Assembly: GCA_977018835.1 (NCBI GenBank)
Contig: OZ361260.1
Coordinates: 3,534,001-3,598,000, forward strand
Direction: 5' to 3'
Length of the DNA: 64,000 nucleotides
From: Minutocellus sp. GHC0000111
Taxonomy: Eukaryota
Position numbers and translations under genes: made by a program. Shown here one piece after another: positions 24,839-36,878 of this stretch. Numbering within the stretch: the stretch's first letter is position 1; the number at the start of each line of letters is the position of its first letter. The notes beneath the pieces were generated by a model, which worked only from the letters and a program-made list of their open reading frames with translations, was not told the DNA's origin and ran no database searches.

Positions 24839-25780
24839 CTACTTCCCTTTCGCCGTCGACTCGACTTGGAATGCTTTGTCCCAAGCTTCTAATTCCATCA
24901 AGACTTGTTCGTTACTTAGCTCCAGATTTTCATTGCTCGAATCGGCAAATAGAATCCCACTTTTACCCGTACCGCTTTTGATACCCCCTGTACTCTCATC
25001 ATTGTTACCAACATCCCTCGCATTCATCTTTTCAATTATTGTCCTTGTCAAGCTTCCGAACTCATATGTGTCACTCCAAATAAAATTGAGCAGCAGTCGC
25101 TTCGATTTGTCGCCCAATTGGTAATCCGGATCACCGGTAAATGCCTTCTTCATTCTACGATCCAGTTCGGTGGATATGGCGCTCGTGACCATCTCACCGG
25201 CCTGTGCAACTATGCTATAGTTGAGCAATTCGATCAGTACCTTGGCCGGGAGCATTCCAGCCACTGGACTGAAGCTTGCTCCGATCGACAACATCATCTT
25301 CATTAACATCAGGACCTCCTCCCATTTCATTTCACCCGACGTTACCCTTCGCAAAATTTCCTTAGAGAGATCACCAGCAGTGTAGGAGTCCTTACCAGTC
25401 ATCTCGCATACCTTTGCCTTCACGTTGGCATCCGCCCACAAACTTAAATCACCGAAGGAGTAGGAATCTTTACCAGTTACTTCGCATACTTTCTCCTTTG
25501 CCTTGGCATCAAGATGCCTTGATAAATCCCCAAACTTGTACTCCTTTCCCGTCACCAGCTCCACTCGTTTTGTAAACCTCGACGCCAGCCCTCTGGATAT
25601 GTCTCCGAATTTGTATCCCGATGCGCCGTCATCGCCATCTGGTGCTTTCTTTGTTGGCTGGACAGTGCTGACCCTGGACCGTGCTGACCCTTGGCGACGA
25701 TGACGGCCCGAAAAGAAGGCCAAGGCGTCGTCCAACGCGAAGAATGCGGCAACCAACAGACACAAAGCGTAGCGGCGCAT
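24839..25780 (-). CDS. Hypothetical plastid-targeted protein with YxFGDLS repeats
   Basis: Signal peptide ending ALA-FF. Repeated G(K)xYxFGD(I/L)S units. Confidence 0.75.
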   Translation of the reverse strand: MRRYALCLLVAAFFALDDALAFFSGRHRRQGSARSRVSTVQPTKKAPDGDDGASGYKFGDISRGLASRFTKRVELVTGKEYKFGDLSRHLDAKAKEKVCEVTGKDSYSFGDLSLWADANVKAKVCEMTGKDSYTAGDLSKEILRRVTSGEMKWEEVLMLMKMMLSIGASFSPVAGMLPAKVLIELLNYSIVAQAGEMVTSAISTELDRRMKKAFTGDPDYQLGDKSKRLLLNFIWSDTYEFGSLTRTIIEKMNARDVGNNDESTGGIKSGTGKSGILFADSSNENLELSNEQVLMELEAWDKAFQVESTAKGK

Positions 25781-25994
25781 CCCGACAAGTGGGAAGTTGG
25801 AAATAGCAACTGATGCTCCGCCGCCGATGGCAAGCTTGCTGCTTCAAGTTTTGCTTGTGGCGGTTTGCGCCAAGAACGCAAGCACTTTGCAACTTTACAA
25901 CTTTACCGACCAGGAACCCGGAAACAACGCTCGGTCCGGGCGGGCATGCAGCGTTCTGCAGTTCAGCATTTCCTGCCCTGCCGATGCCAGCAAG

Positions 25995-27425
25995 ATGAGC
26001 GAGAGCGGTCAAGGTATTGCCGCTGCTTCTGCCGCTGCTGCTGCTGCTGCGGCGGGAGGGCCCACCTTCCTCGATAATGTCTGCATTCATCTGGCGTCGA
26101 CTCTTCTGGGTTCCACGGCCGTCACCGATATTTTGACCACAGCAGCAGATGCAACTCGACCTCATCAGCTGTACTGGCGGTCACCAATCCTCTCCCCCTT
26201 GTCCGTTCTGCAATCGTCGACATCTCCGGTGGTATCCCAAGAGGCCCAGTCGCGCGTGGTGTACGTTGATCTGACGGTGTGGTTCCTACCGCCTGCAGAC
26301 TCAGACTCGTCCAAGGCGAATGCGGCAAAGCGACCTCGAGTGAGGGCCAAGTTCGGCGCCCTCGTTCGGCATTGGCATCCCATCCGATTGGATGCCGGAT
26401 CCGGCGTCATCGATCGGACCTGCCGCCCGAACGGTGGCACGTACGTTCAGCAGGATCGCTATCTGAGCAAGAGGGGACTGAGGGAGTACGGAGACTCAAT
26501 CAATATCGATCTGGAGAGTATGGAAAGCCGACCGACAGCGAGGCTTCTGGGAAAGGCGATGGGAGGTACGGGGCTGCGGGCCGAAGTTGTGGCTAATGGC
26601 AACGGCCCACCAAAGGTTGTTGTGACGATCGACCATCAAAGTCTTGCTGAGACTGGTTCATTTGCCATTGTCAATGACAACACAGACGATGATAGTGGAC
26701 GGATCGGGGAAACGGCAATGTCCATGTTACTGGCCAATATCGAAGCTGAAAGCAGAAGGACTTCAAGTGCAAGGTCTGCCTCTTCTGCCACGAATGATTC
26801 CTCTCATGGTGCCAAGACACGTTCTGCTACCATTTCTGGAGTTGATCCCGAAGAAGAGAATGAGATGCGAAGGGTATTCGAGCAATGGTGGGGAAGGATG
26901 ATGAGAGGAGAAAACGCTTCGTCATCTGTATCCAAAGAAAAGTCAGACTCGAGCAGACCAAGCATCCCCATGGAAACGACCAGTCGGTCGTCGGCGCAGG
27001 TAGCAGTGGTTGCCAACGGAGAGAGATCAGACAACACCAAGTCGACTCGAGCAACGACTACGCACAATGCCACCGGGATTGGCGAAGAGCGAGAGGCTGG
27101 ATTGGAGCGAAAGTCTCCAGCGCAGACTCCAGCGTCTGATAAGGAGCAGCAAACGCAGGCGAACAGTTCATCTCTCGCTGTGGCCAATGACGTCAAGGAG
27201 AATGTCAAGAATGACAGTGCAAGAGCTACCTCAACATCAGCGGCGGCCGCTAAAATCGGAAATGATATATCAACTGGCAAAGATGTCATGGAAGAGAAGA
27301 CATCGACATCACCGTCTCAAATGCAGAAGAAAAAGAGAAAGACCCCGGGTCCTATTCTCGTCCGCGCCGGTGGTGGCAGGAAGAAAAAGAAGAAGGGCAA
27401 GATTACAATCGGCAAATCGGTATAA
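25995..27425 (+). CDS. Hypothetical protein with a basic C-terminus (NLS-like)
   Basis: Long ORF divergent from the previous gene. No recognised domain. Confidence 0.6.
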   Translation: MSESGQGIAAASAAAAAAAAGGPTFLDNVCIHLASTLLGSTAVTDILTTAADATRPHQLYWRSPILSPLSVLQSSTSPVVSQEAQSRVVYVDLTVWFLPPADSDSSKANAAKRPRVRAKFGALVRHWHPIRLDAGSGVIDRTCRPNGGTYVQQDRYLSKRGLREYGDSINIDLESMESRPTARLLGKAMGGTGLRAEVVANGNGPPKVVVTIDHQSLAETGSFAIVNDNTDDDSGRIGETAMSMLLANIEAESRRTSSARSASSATNDSSHGAKTRSATISGVDPEEENEMRRVFEQWWGRMMRGENASSSVSKEKSDSSRPSIPMETTSRSSAQVAVVANGERSDNTKSTRATTTHNATGIGEEREAGLERKSPAQTPASDKEQQTQANSSSLAVANDVKENVKNDSARATSTSAAAAKIGNDISTGKDVMEEKTSTSPSQMQKKKRKTPGPILVRAGGGRKKKKKGKITIGKSV

Positions 27426-27613
27426 ACAAGTACTAGCTAGTACCTGCAGCATAGGCAGCGCCGAGACAACTGTCCAAGGTGATGGTACACTTTGTTTGGA
27501 TCAAAGTTGACCGCGAGAAAATGGGTAAATGGGTAGAGAGCAAAAATGACTTTGCGAGAAGCATGTAACTCGTATTATTGATCATTAATCGGTTCAAATA
27601 AGTCTCGCCATAA

Positions 27614-29061
27614 TTAGAGCATCTCCGATACCGACAAAGGCATCTCATCAATTTGTGTAATGTAGAACTGTTCAATGTCGCGGAGGGTAGGAACGTCTTG
27701 CGTCTTGACGAAGTTGATTGCCACGCCCTTGCGACCGAAGCGGCCTGATCGTCCAATCCTGTGAATGTAAAGCTCTCGATTGGTAGGCAGATCATAGTTG
27801 ATGACCAGGCTCACCTGCTGGACATCGATGCCTCGTCCCCAAAGATCGGTGGCGATCAGAACCCGAGACGACCCGCTTCGGAATTCCTCCATCACCTTCT
27901 CACGCTCGGATTGGTCCATATCACCGTGCATAGTACTGACCGTAAAGTGCGCCTCCTTCATCTTTTCGCCGAGCCAGTCTACTTTTTGCTTCTTGTTGCA
28001 AAAAATGACAGCCTGAGTGATGGTCAGTGTATCGTACAAATCGCACAGCGTGTCGAATTTCCACTCCTCCTTCTCCACCGCCACAAAGAATTGCTTGATG
28101 CCCTCCAGAGTGAGTTCGTCACGCTTGACCAGAATGCGGATGGGATCGTTCATGAACTTGCGCGTCATTTCCAGCACTTCCACGGGCAGAGTGGCGCTCA
28201 CCAGGACCACCTGCGTGGAGGACGGCAAATACCGATAGATGTCGTAAATCTGTGCCTTGAACCCCTTGGCCAGCATCTCGTCGGCCTCGTCGAAAATTAG
28301 AGACTTGAGGCTGCGCGTCTGCAGGGCCTGGCGTTGGATGAGATCGAAGACTCTGCCGGGAGTGCCGGATACGATCTGCACGCCACCGGACTCAAAGGCA
28401 CGGATGTCCTCACCAAGGGGCTTGCCACCGATGCAGCACTGGACCTTGACGCTCATAAAGTCTCCCAGAGCCTTGACCACCCGCTGTGTCTGTTCGGCAA
28501 GCTCTCGGGTCGGACTTAAGATGATGACTTGTGGATCCGACATTCGTTCATCCAGCATCTGAAGGGCCGAAATGGAAAAGACCGCCGTCTTGCCCTGTTT
28601 TATGTTGTGCGACCAATGATTTGGATGAGAAGAAAGGGAGAAGAATATGAGAAAACGAGAACGATGGATACGACAACGCACCACTCTCTTTGGACATGCT
28701 CCCACATTCATGTCAACACTTGCAAACTCACCGTTCCGGACTGAGATTGCGCAATGACATCCCTGCCACGAACAATTGGGCGGATAGCCCGCTGCTGGAT
28801 GGCACTGGGCCGCTCGAAGCCAAAGGCATAAATACCACGGAGGAGGGCCGGCTTGAGGTTGAGCGCATCGAACGTCGGTGCCGGGGCGGTGTCGTCCTTG
28901 GGTTCTTCGGTCTGTTGACCGCCGCCGCTGGACTTCTTCTTGCCCTCCCCGTGGTGACGGTGCTTCCGCTTGTGCTTATCTCCCCGGCTCTTCCTGTGGG
29001 GGGATCCGTCGCCACCACCGCCGCCGCCGCTACTGCCCTTTCCGCTTCGATGTTTCGGCAT
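27614..29061 (-). CDS. EIF4A3: DEAD-box helicase eIF4A-III (DDX48/FAL1); exons 29061-28732 and 28594-27614
   Basis: [18 protein letters not shown] across a GT-AG intron, [23 protein letters not shown]. The subfamily-specific segments [10 protein letters not shown] and [19 protein letters not shown] are present. Confidence 0.95.
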
Positions 29062-29389
29062 GGTTGCTTGCACGAAATGATTGGTTTGCGCGTTGCGATT
29101 GCTGCCTACGCCTAGCCTCTGGCTATCGAAAGTCGTCACGATTACGCAACAGAAACTCAAAAATACACCCACGATTCTTTACGCCACAGAAACTCAAAAA
29201 TACGAGGATGATGGAGAGAAGGTTCATGAAAGTGTCATTGACAGTCCAAGCCTTGCGGCGAGATTCTTTACACCGGCCCGGCTCTATGCCACCAACACCC
29301 TTCGGCAACAGAAGGAGGATGGGTCCAGTGCAGATCGGATCTATAACGAGGAGGAGGTTGGCTCTTCGTATCTCTCTCGTTTATCGGCA

Positions 29390-30655
29390 TTGATTGATGG
29401 AACAGCACCAATCGCTGTCGGCCGACGATAAGATCTTTTGGGAGGCCAAGAGTCGGGAGAAGATTGCCCTCCAACCTACCATCCGCGGCGCTATTGTTGA
29501 TGCTATGCGGAGTGATCCAAAGATATCTTGGGAGAGTATTGAGGCCGACGATGCCATCAATTATTGGTGCAGTGCAGACACACTGTCCGACGGTGGGTTG
29601 AGTCTCGAGATGGATGTTGTCTCTGTGCCGAACGGATTATTCCTTTGCTGAGCAATGAGCAGAAGGCTAGGCACTTCCACTTCGCTACTCGTTTCCGTAA
29701 CAACTGGGGGTTGGGCGCAGGCAAATATCTGCTCATTCACTACGACGAGAAATGGTTTTGGGGCTTGGTTCAGCGCCGCCACGCCAAGGCATGCAAGGAG
29801 TTGGAGCTTGACCCCGTTTCGTTCAAAGCCTATCACAGAAACCATGTGAACAAGGTAATGGGTGTCGCTGTAACTGCTTTTGCTTTCGAGGATTCGATTG
29901 AAAACTGTGGTGATGCTCTCAAGCTTGGATTCTTTCGGGCCCAGCAGTGCAAGATCGCCGACAAGGCTGTGAATCGGACGGAGACTCTGGCTGATGGCAC
30001 CGAGGTCACAACCAACGTTCGGAATCGTGATGATCCCTACCTTGTCGATTGTGCTGTTACCGGTACTGATATTGGTACCCCTGACGATCCCAAGTTTCCG
30101 CTGAAGAATTTATTTGAACAATATGTTTTTCCTACAGTTGCTGAGCTCGTCGGTGAGGGGGCAGCATGCGAGCGGCACACTCCGGTCTTCCAAGGCGACA
30201 ATGCCGGTCCTCATGAGGAGACCAAGTGCTTAGATTTCGTCAAGGGATATTGTTTGGCAAAGGGATGGCATTGGAAGCCTCAGGCACCGCAAATGCCGCA
30301 CATGAATGTACTTGACTTGTCGGTCTTCCCCTGCATGTCTCGGCGTCATTGCTCTTTGGCTCGGAAGAGAAAGGGATTGAGGGTGCTGAAGGAGAACGAG
30401 ATTTGGGATGCAGCTGTGGAGGTTTGGGATGGTTTGGAGTCGGCCAAGATTTCTTCAGCATACATTCAGGCCCACAGGATTGCAAAGAGGGTGATTGATG
30501 CTGGGGGCGGTAATGAATTCCTTGGTGTCGGTGGATCCCCTCATGTGGGCATTCGGAAGGATTTTTATCCAACGAAAAAGGGTCTGGCTCGGCGTGATGG
30601 GCAGCGAATTCCTGCTCCTGGGACCGTAAATCCCCATGACATGGTCGCAATATAG
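29390..30655 (+). pseudogene. Second mariner-like DD38D transposase (frameshifted near 29580)
   Basis: YDEKWF, FQGDNAG, QAPQMPHMNVLDLSVF. Clearly homologous to 8818-10542. TIRs not located. Confidence 0.85.
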
Positions 30656-31056
30656 TTTAGATGTACACGATACTTAGAATTAGGTTATATTTAGTACAAT
30701 TGATTGTTTTGTGGTGATTTGCCTTGTTTTGATGGGTTGGGTCCGCTTTCTCGGTCCCTCGAGGATCGATTTTTTGGTCCCGCACCGTCCGTTCTTTTTG
30801 CGTGCGTCACAGCACCATCTGCCAGCCGGATGACTCGCATACTTTTGGTCGCACTTTCGGTGGCCGGCCGGCGCGCGAAGCAACCGACCGGCGCGCCCAA
30901 CGCGAGCCACCATGGCGGCAAAAATTCAAATTGCCGCCGCTACGTGCAGAACGAAGGCGACATCTCGCGCTGGTGTGGGAGAATTACGGCACGAGACCAA
31001 CCAGGCACTCCCGACATCCTGGTGATATTCCCGTTGGTCTCGATCCATAATTCTCC

Positions 31057-32698
31057 ATGAGCAAAAAAAACAACGGCCGCAATCCCGCGGTCAACGCCGC
31101 AGACAGAGTTGCGGTGCAGGACGCCCTGGCTGAACCACTCGTCCGTCTTCGCAGAAAGGAACTTCATTACTACAATTTCATCGGCAACAACAACGACTCC
31201 TTGATGAATGTGTTGGGATGCAGTCCCATCATGTACGGCGCCGTCATGTGCACTGCGGGCATCTTGGGGGTTTGAAGAAGAAGAAACAACACGAAGACTG
31301 CGACATGTGTTTTTTGTGAGGACAGACAACCAGAATGGATGGGATGAAGTGGTATCAAGACACTGCCTTGCCAACGACGTTCAGCGAACCCCATGCAAAA
31401 AGAGCATGTTTGTTTGCCTCGGTTCTGTCAATCCTCGTGCAGCCGACGCTCTCCATGATGATGGATGGATGGCTTTCGACATGGTCACGGTCGAGCAACA
31501 ATTTCGCCTCGAAATGCCGCCGCCGCGGCTCAATTTGACGAAGGCATGCAATGCATTCCTCAAGTCGGTCGCAAAACACACATCGGTGGGACATGCGGCG
31601 ATGGACTACGAAATCAACAGGCAGATGTTGCTCGAGGCCCAGAAGTTCCCTGGTGGGTGCAATGGCCAGGACGATGGGTGGGACAATGACGACGATGTTG
31701 GGACGGTGGGCACCCTGACCACGACGGAGGCCGGCGAGATCAGTGAGGACGATGACGACGAAGACGAGGACTATGTGCCCTGTTATGAGGACGAAGCTGA
31801 TGTTGCAAGAGAGGACGCTACACATGAAGCACACATGCAGCAGCACTTTGAGAAGAATCGTCAGAAGCACGGTGATGGCGAGCCAGAGATGGGAGCTGTC
31901 GATGATGCCGAGGATGACGATGCCCCTCACTTCCATTTCCTGAAAAAGGCCGGCATTGAGGCGGCCGACTCAGGCAAAATAAGGGCAGTGCTGGCAGAGT
32001 GCTGGAGAGCTTCATCTGTTAATATTTCTGATGGCAACAACAAGAAGAAACCAAGGACAATAGAGTTCATCCACCACAACACCTCCACCAAAGGAACTCT
32101 CCTAGAGCACAATCGCGAGGAAGATGGCATGACGGATGACGACATCAAAGAGCTCTGCAAAGCTTGCTCTAATTTGCTCCACACTCTTGATGCAACATGT
32201 TCCAGGTTTCTGAAATGGCACATGAAATGGGATGATGAGGCAAAGAAGGCTGTGAGAGAGCTTGAAGCATTGATTGCAAGTGCCCTCAAGCAAGCACGGG
32301 CAATCGGTGTTAGCATGACGCCCAAGTGGCACTTACTCGAAGATCACATCTTGGACCAACACATTTGGCTAGTGAAGAATGGATGGGGCAGCATCTGTTG
32401 GCTCGACGAATCGTTTGTAGAGCGAGCCCACCAAGAGGGCGTTAAGGAAGATCGTCGGACTCAGGGCGTCAAGGGACATGAGGCCCAACAGACGGCGCAG
32501 TTCAAGGCTGAGGAGAGGGCATCCAATCCAAAGGTCGAGGAGAGGCGGGAGCGAAACTCTCGTGTGGCAAGAACAAGGAAAAGGACAAGGACCGAAGCTG
32601 TTAAAGCAGAAACTGATGACAAGCGCCAACAAATGATCATGATGGCCACCGATGGAGATGAGGATGTAGAGATGGGAGCAGGGCATGCACAAAATTAG
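31057..32698 (+). pseudogene. Degenerate transposase-like sequence (Transib/Chapaev/RAG1-like C-terminus)
   Basis: TPKWHLLEDH...G..CWLDESFVERAHQ resembles the HKxxxH...GxxSEExxExxxK C-terminal catalytic region. Frameshifted and TA-depleted. Confidence 0.45.
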
Positions 32699-33591
32699 AA
32701 AATGAAATTACACTGCTGCTACACAATGACAAATGAATTGCACAATCCAACTTTTACAAACAGTGTCGCGATTGAGCAAAAAAGTAAATAGCACACCCAA
32801 ACAAACACATCACGTCCTTCTTAACTCACCCATTTATCTCCCAGACCAAAAAGTCCCTTTGTCGGGTTGATTGTTGCATAAACTTATCCCAATGCTGTCT
32901 GTCTCTCCTCGGGCGCAAAACCATTGTCGGAATTCCGGGAGGTCGAGTGGGGATGCGATCGGTCGGGATCAGCGAGAGTCGGTCATACGGGGGGTGCGGC
33001 GCAATCCCGGCAGTTTATCATCAACGACAACGTGGGAAAGTACCAGAGGGTCTGGGGCATCACAACGGGAGCACGACGAGCACAAAGACGGAGCAATGGC
33101 ACCACCCCAGAGAAACGAACTGCCGACAGATGGAGGAAAAGCAGGCCGATGGTTCGTGGCGTTGATACGCAGCGGAGGCCAATCTGAGGATACAGTAAGC
33201 TTCAACTATATCCAAACATGATAATGAATGCGTATTTGGTACGAAAATATAGTTACACGCCGGCGCAACGCCGACGGACCACCATGGTGTTGGACGGTCA
33301 AAGAATGGGTGACGAACGAGATTGGGTTTTGGTGGGTTTCTTCGTGACGTGTTCGTCTTCTGCCGAAAAACGCTTCATCCGACCGGCGAAACAAGACGAG
33401 ATGGGGCTGTGGCGTGGGACCCTCGTACACCCGCAAACCGCCACAGCCTTCGCGGCCTGCTGCCGATGATTCATTCCCACGCGCACCGCCCGGGCCAGCA
33501 GTAGCAGTCCATGGAACCTTTTCAAATCGAATGAAGATCCAACCCCCTCCCTCGAATCTCCAATCTGCTTCCCCGCCCCTCTTCTCATCAG

Positions 33592-34047
33592 ATGAGTTTC
33601 CTCGCTCCAGGAATAATATTGAGTACTAGTCGAGCCGTCGCATCAAGAAGAATCGCTTCTACAATGAGTACTGCCGCTACTGCATCCGGTCCAGTGGCAG
33701 AGACCATAACCAAAAAGCTCACCGAGGCATTCAGCCCCCTCCATCTCGAGGTTCGCAACGAAAGTCACATGCACAACGTTCCGGCGAATTCGGAGACGCA
33801 TTTCAAGGTCATAATTGCATCCGCAGAATTCGACACACCCAAGTGCAAGACGCCTCTCGCACGGCACAGGGCCGTCAACGCCGTCCTGGCGGAGGAGGTG
33901 GCATCAGACGGACCCGTCCATGCCCTATCGATCGTGGCCAAAACGCCCGCCCAGTGGGAAAATATGGTCCAGGAGGGCGGGGTGGATGCCATCGGCCCCA
34001 GCCCAAATTGCAGAGGCGGAGATGGAAGCTTGCCCAAAAAGAGATAA
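33592..34047 (+). CDS. bolA: BolA family protein with a probable organellar presequence
   Basis: LEVRNESHMHNVPANSETHFKV, RHRAVN, VHALSI, SPNCRGG. Confidence 0.93.
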   Translation: MSFLAPGIILSTSRAVASRRIASTMSTAATASGPVAETITKKLTEAFSPLHLEVRNESHMHNVPANSETHFKVIIASAEFDTPKCKTPLARHRAVNAVLAEEVASDGPVHALSIVAKTPAQWENMVQEGGVDAIGPSPNCRGGDGSLPKKR

Positions 34048-35417
34048 TGATGCAACGAGTTGAGCCCGCATGTTCGTTCGAATGAAATCGAATCCAATCA
34101 AATTCGCGCTCTGACATGCATGATGATAGAGATGGAGAGAGCGTTCGGCCCGTGTTTGTGGGTGATAGATTTACAAGGAGTGCATAGCAAGAAGGCATAC
34201 ATGTAGATGGGGCTGCAACAATGGATATACTACTTAGAGTAGTCTAATTTGATGGCGCATTCATGTGTATCTGCCGAGTTTCGTACAATGTAGATTGCAT
34301 GCTCACAGTAAAAATGATAAGGAAGGGCACCGCTATGAAACATTTGTTGTACTAGTACAGCGCACAAAAGTTTGTTTGCTCTAGATCTAATTGTTGACGT
34401 CAACAGATAGTGTGTCACAAATAAAGGTCAGGTTATATAGAATTTCTACCGGTACAAATGTATTGGTTACGATGTAGAAAGAATTAGGAGGCATGTCGTT
34501 GCAGATCTAGTACCGTATTGTGTGGTGTATGAGATGGATTAAACGCATGGAAAATTTACTATGTAATATCTATTTGTACAGTGATTGCATGTTCGCGGCA
34601 CCACCAAAGATGAATGGTGAGATAATGTAGCGTAGTTGCGAAAGTTCGTCGATGCGATTGTTCTTGACTTCTCAACTGCCCCACTACGTAGTTCCAAAGA
34701 ACAACAAGTAACACGAAGCTACATGTGGAAATCATCGTCATCGTCATCGCTATCGTCATCGTCTTCTTCAAAATCAAGCAGGCGGAATGTTTTAGAATGC
34801 AAAGAGAGGTAGTGACCATCGTTGCCTCTTCTCGAAGTGCGAAGTGAAGAAGGCGTATCACTTAGTGATGAGATATATTCCGTTCCTGGTTCAGAATCTT
34901 GATTATCAGGGACATTTGGACGACCTTCTTGTCTTTCTCGACGAGGTTGGCATCTCTTTTTGATAGAATCACATCGTGGCTGATGAGCGGAGTTAGCGGA
35001 GCTCTCCGATGTATCGGAGATTTTCCTTTCTCCTTGACTTGATGTTGATAGGTTGTTTGATGCTTGCGATGAGCCAAGCAGTCTTACTCGTCGAATACTT
35101 CTTTCGGAGGGACAAGGTTGTTTCGGTGTTCTTCGGCGAAGAGGAAGGAGGGAAATTGCCCGAGAAGTGCCGCTACTGGTACTTGGATCGACTTCGCCCT
35201 CAACCGCGCGGGTCCTGCTGCTTGAATTGATGGTGGTGATGCACATGGTGATGAAGAATAGAGTATCAGCCAGTGATTGTCTTCTAGAGATATCAAGTGA
35301 TCGGGTGGAAAGGCTTCAATGGAATGCAAAATGCCGAGTTGTTCATGCCAAAGAACGCAGGGTGAGGCCCAAGTGAGGCCTGAGGCCAAAAAAGATGCAA
35401 TGTGTGATGAGGATAGA

Positions 35418-35467
35418 GCCGCCATCTGGTGCCGCCGTCTGGTGCCGCCGTCTGGTGCCGCCGTCTG
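35418..35467 (+). repeat. 13-bp tandem repeat GCCGCCGTCTGGT, about 4 copies
   Basis: Seen directly in the sequence. Confidence 0.85.
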
Positions 35468-36878
35468 CTGATGCCATGTTCCATGGTGTCTCAATTTAGT
35501 CGCAGCGTCCGAAAGTTCAGATGCCACAACTTCGCCGACTTTGATTTGGTGTCTAAAATTTCAGATGCACGTTCTTCGAGACACTATTTGCATGATATTC
35601 AAAGGCCTCAAAACGCAGGCCAATTAGCAGTAATACCCGTGCGCACAAAGAACAGCCTCAACAATCAAGAGGCGGCCTTTCTGATTTTGCTACAGTCCGT
35701 CCCCGATGATAAGCACACTTGACATGCTTGCTTGGGACCTCAAATTTTAGCTGCTGATAAGCACAAGCAGACCTCAGCTTTAGTGTCATGCTTATTTTTC
35801 TCTCATGGCAAGCCCTACCGGTAGTCTAATTGGTGGAGACTACGTCCTCCAGGACTTTGGTGGGGATGCTCTATAATCTTTCCAAGGAGAACTTTGAGAA
35901 GCTTCGTTCTGGTGAGGAAGAGGCTTCTCTGGAGGTCGGGTTGAAGGCGTGGTGTGGAGTCAAGCTGGAGTAAGGCTGGTTTTGCGGTCTGGAGAGGTTT
36001 TCACATTGTTTGCGAGTAATCCAAGTAATGTTTCCTCTCCTTACTGGTAGATCTAGACCTTATTTTTGCTAACATGGTAATTGGTATTGCCACGTCATCA
36101 TCAAATAAGCATGCATGCTTAGGTGAGACCTCAGCTCTTGCCTTTACGCAAGCATTTTGAGACCTCGGCCCCAGAATGGATATGCTTGACTATTATCGGG
36201 GACGGACTGTGCCGCAGGTGAGCGGATCCAAAATCGGGATACGGAAGCGAAAATCCGAAAATCGGGATGCATGGGAGATCGAGAGCAGCCGACCAGCTAC
36301 TACTAGCTACGTACATGTAGCTAGACTGCTAAACTAGCTAGACTTGCAGACTTGAGGTAGATCTACCGGTACGTGTAGCTATAGTGTGAACAGTCCACCA
36401 CCACAGTGCACAACGACCCAATCGTTTGGATTGGACTACATGTGCACATTGAAACATGTTTCAATGTAGCAGATGCTGTTCTAGCTAGCTACCGGTACCG
36501 GTACGTCAATCTACATCAGTCCGTCCCCAAAAATAAGGATAATTGACATCCTTGTTTGAGACGTCAGCTTTTCCTCGTGATGAGGACAATTAGACCTCGG
36601 AAAGAGCACAGCCAAAATGAGCAGGAGATGGCGAATGCAAGTTTCAACATCTTCGGCACCACCACGTAGTATGATAGATCTGCATGTAAACTCTAGCTAG
36701 TTACATGTACCGTAGATATGCCATGTACTGTAGATGTAGTGGTGATGGATTCCATTATACAATGTAGATTTTAGTTAGATCTCTAGAAATCTCCAGGACT
36801 CTTTAATAGATCTAGATGATGCAGATTGAACACACATGAGAGTAGATCTAGCTAAATTTCAATACTTGGTGCACAGAC

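Noticed and set aside
5862..29061. UPF3 and eIF4A-III (both EJC/NMD) in one window as a functional cluster
   Set aside because: They are about 20 kb apart with unrelated genes between. Chance linkage is likely.
30908..33289. CACCATGG...CCATGGTG as Transib-type TIRs
   Set aside because: The match is only about 10 bp, partly palindromic, and has no target-site duplication.
34559..35527. Short Ser/Arg-rich ORFs
   Set aside because: No recognisable domain or gene structure, so a CDS call cannot be supported.
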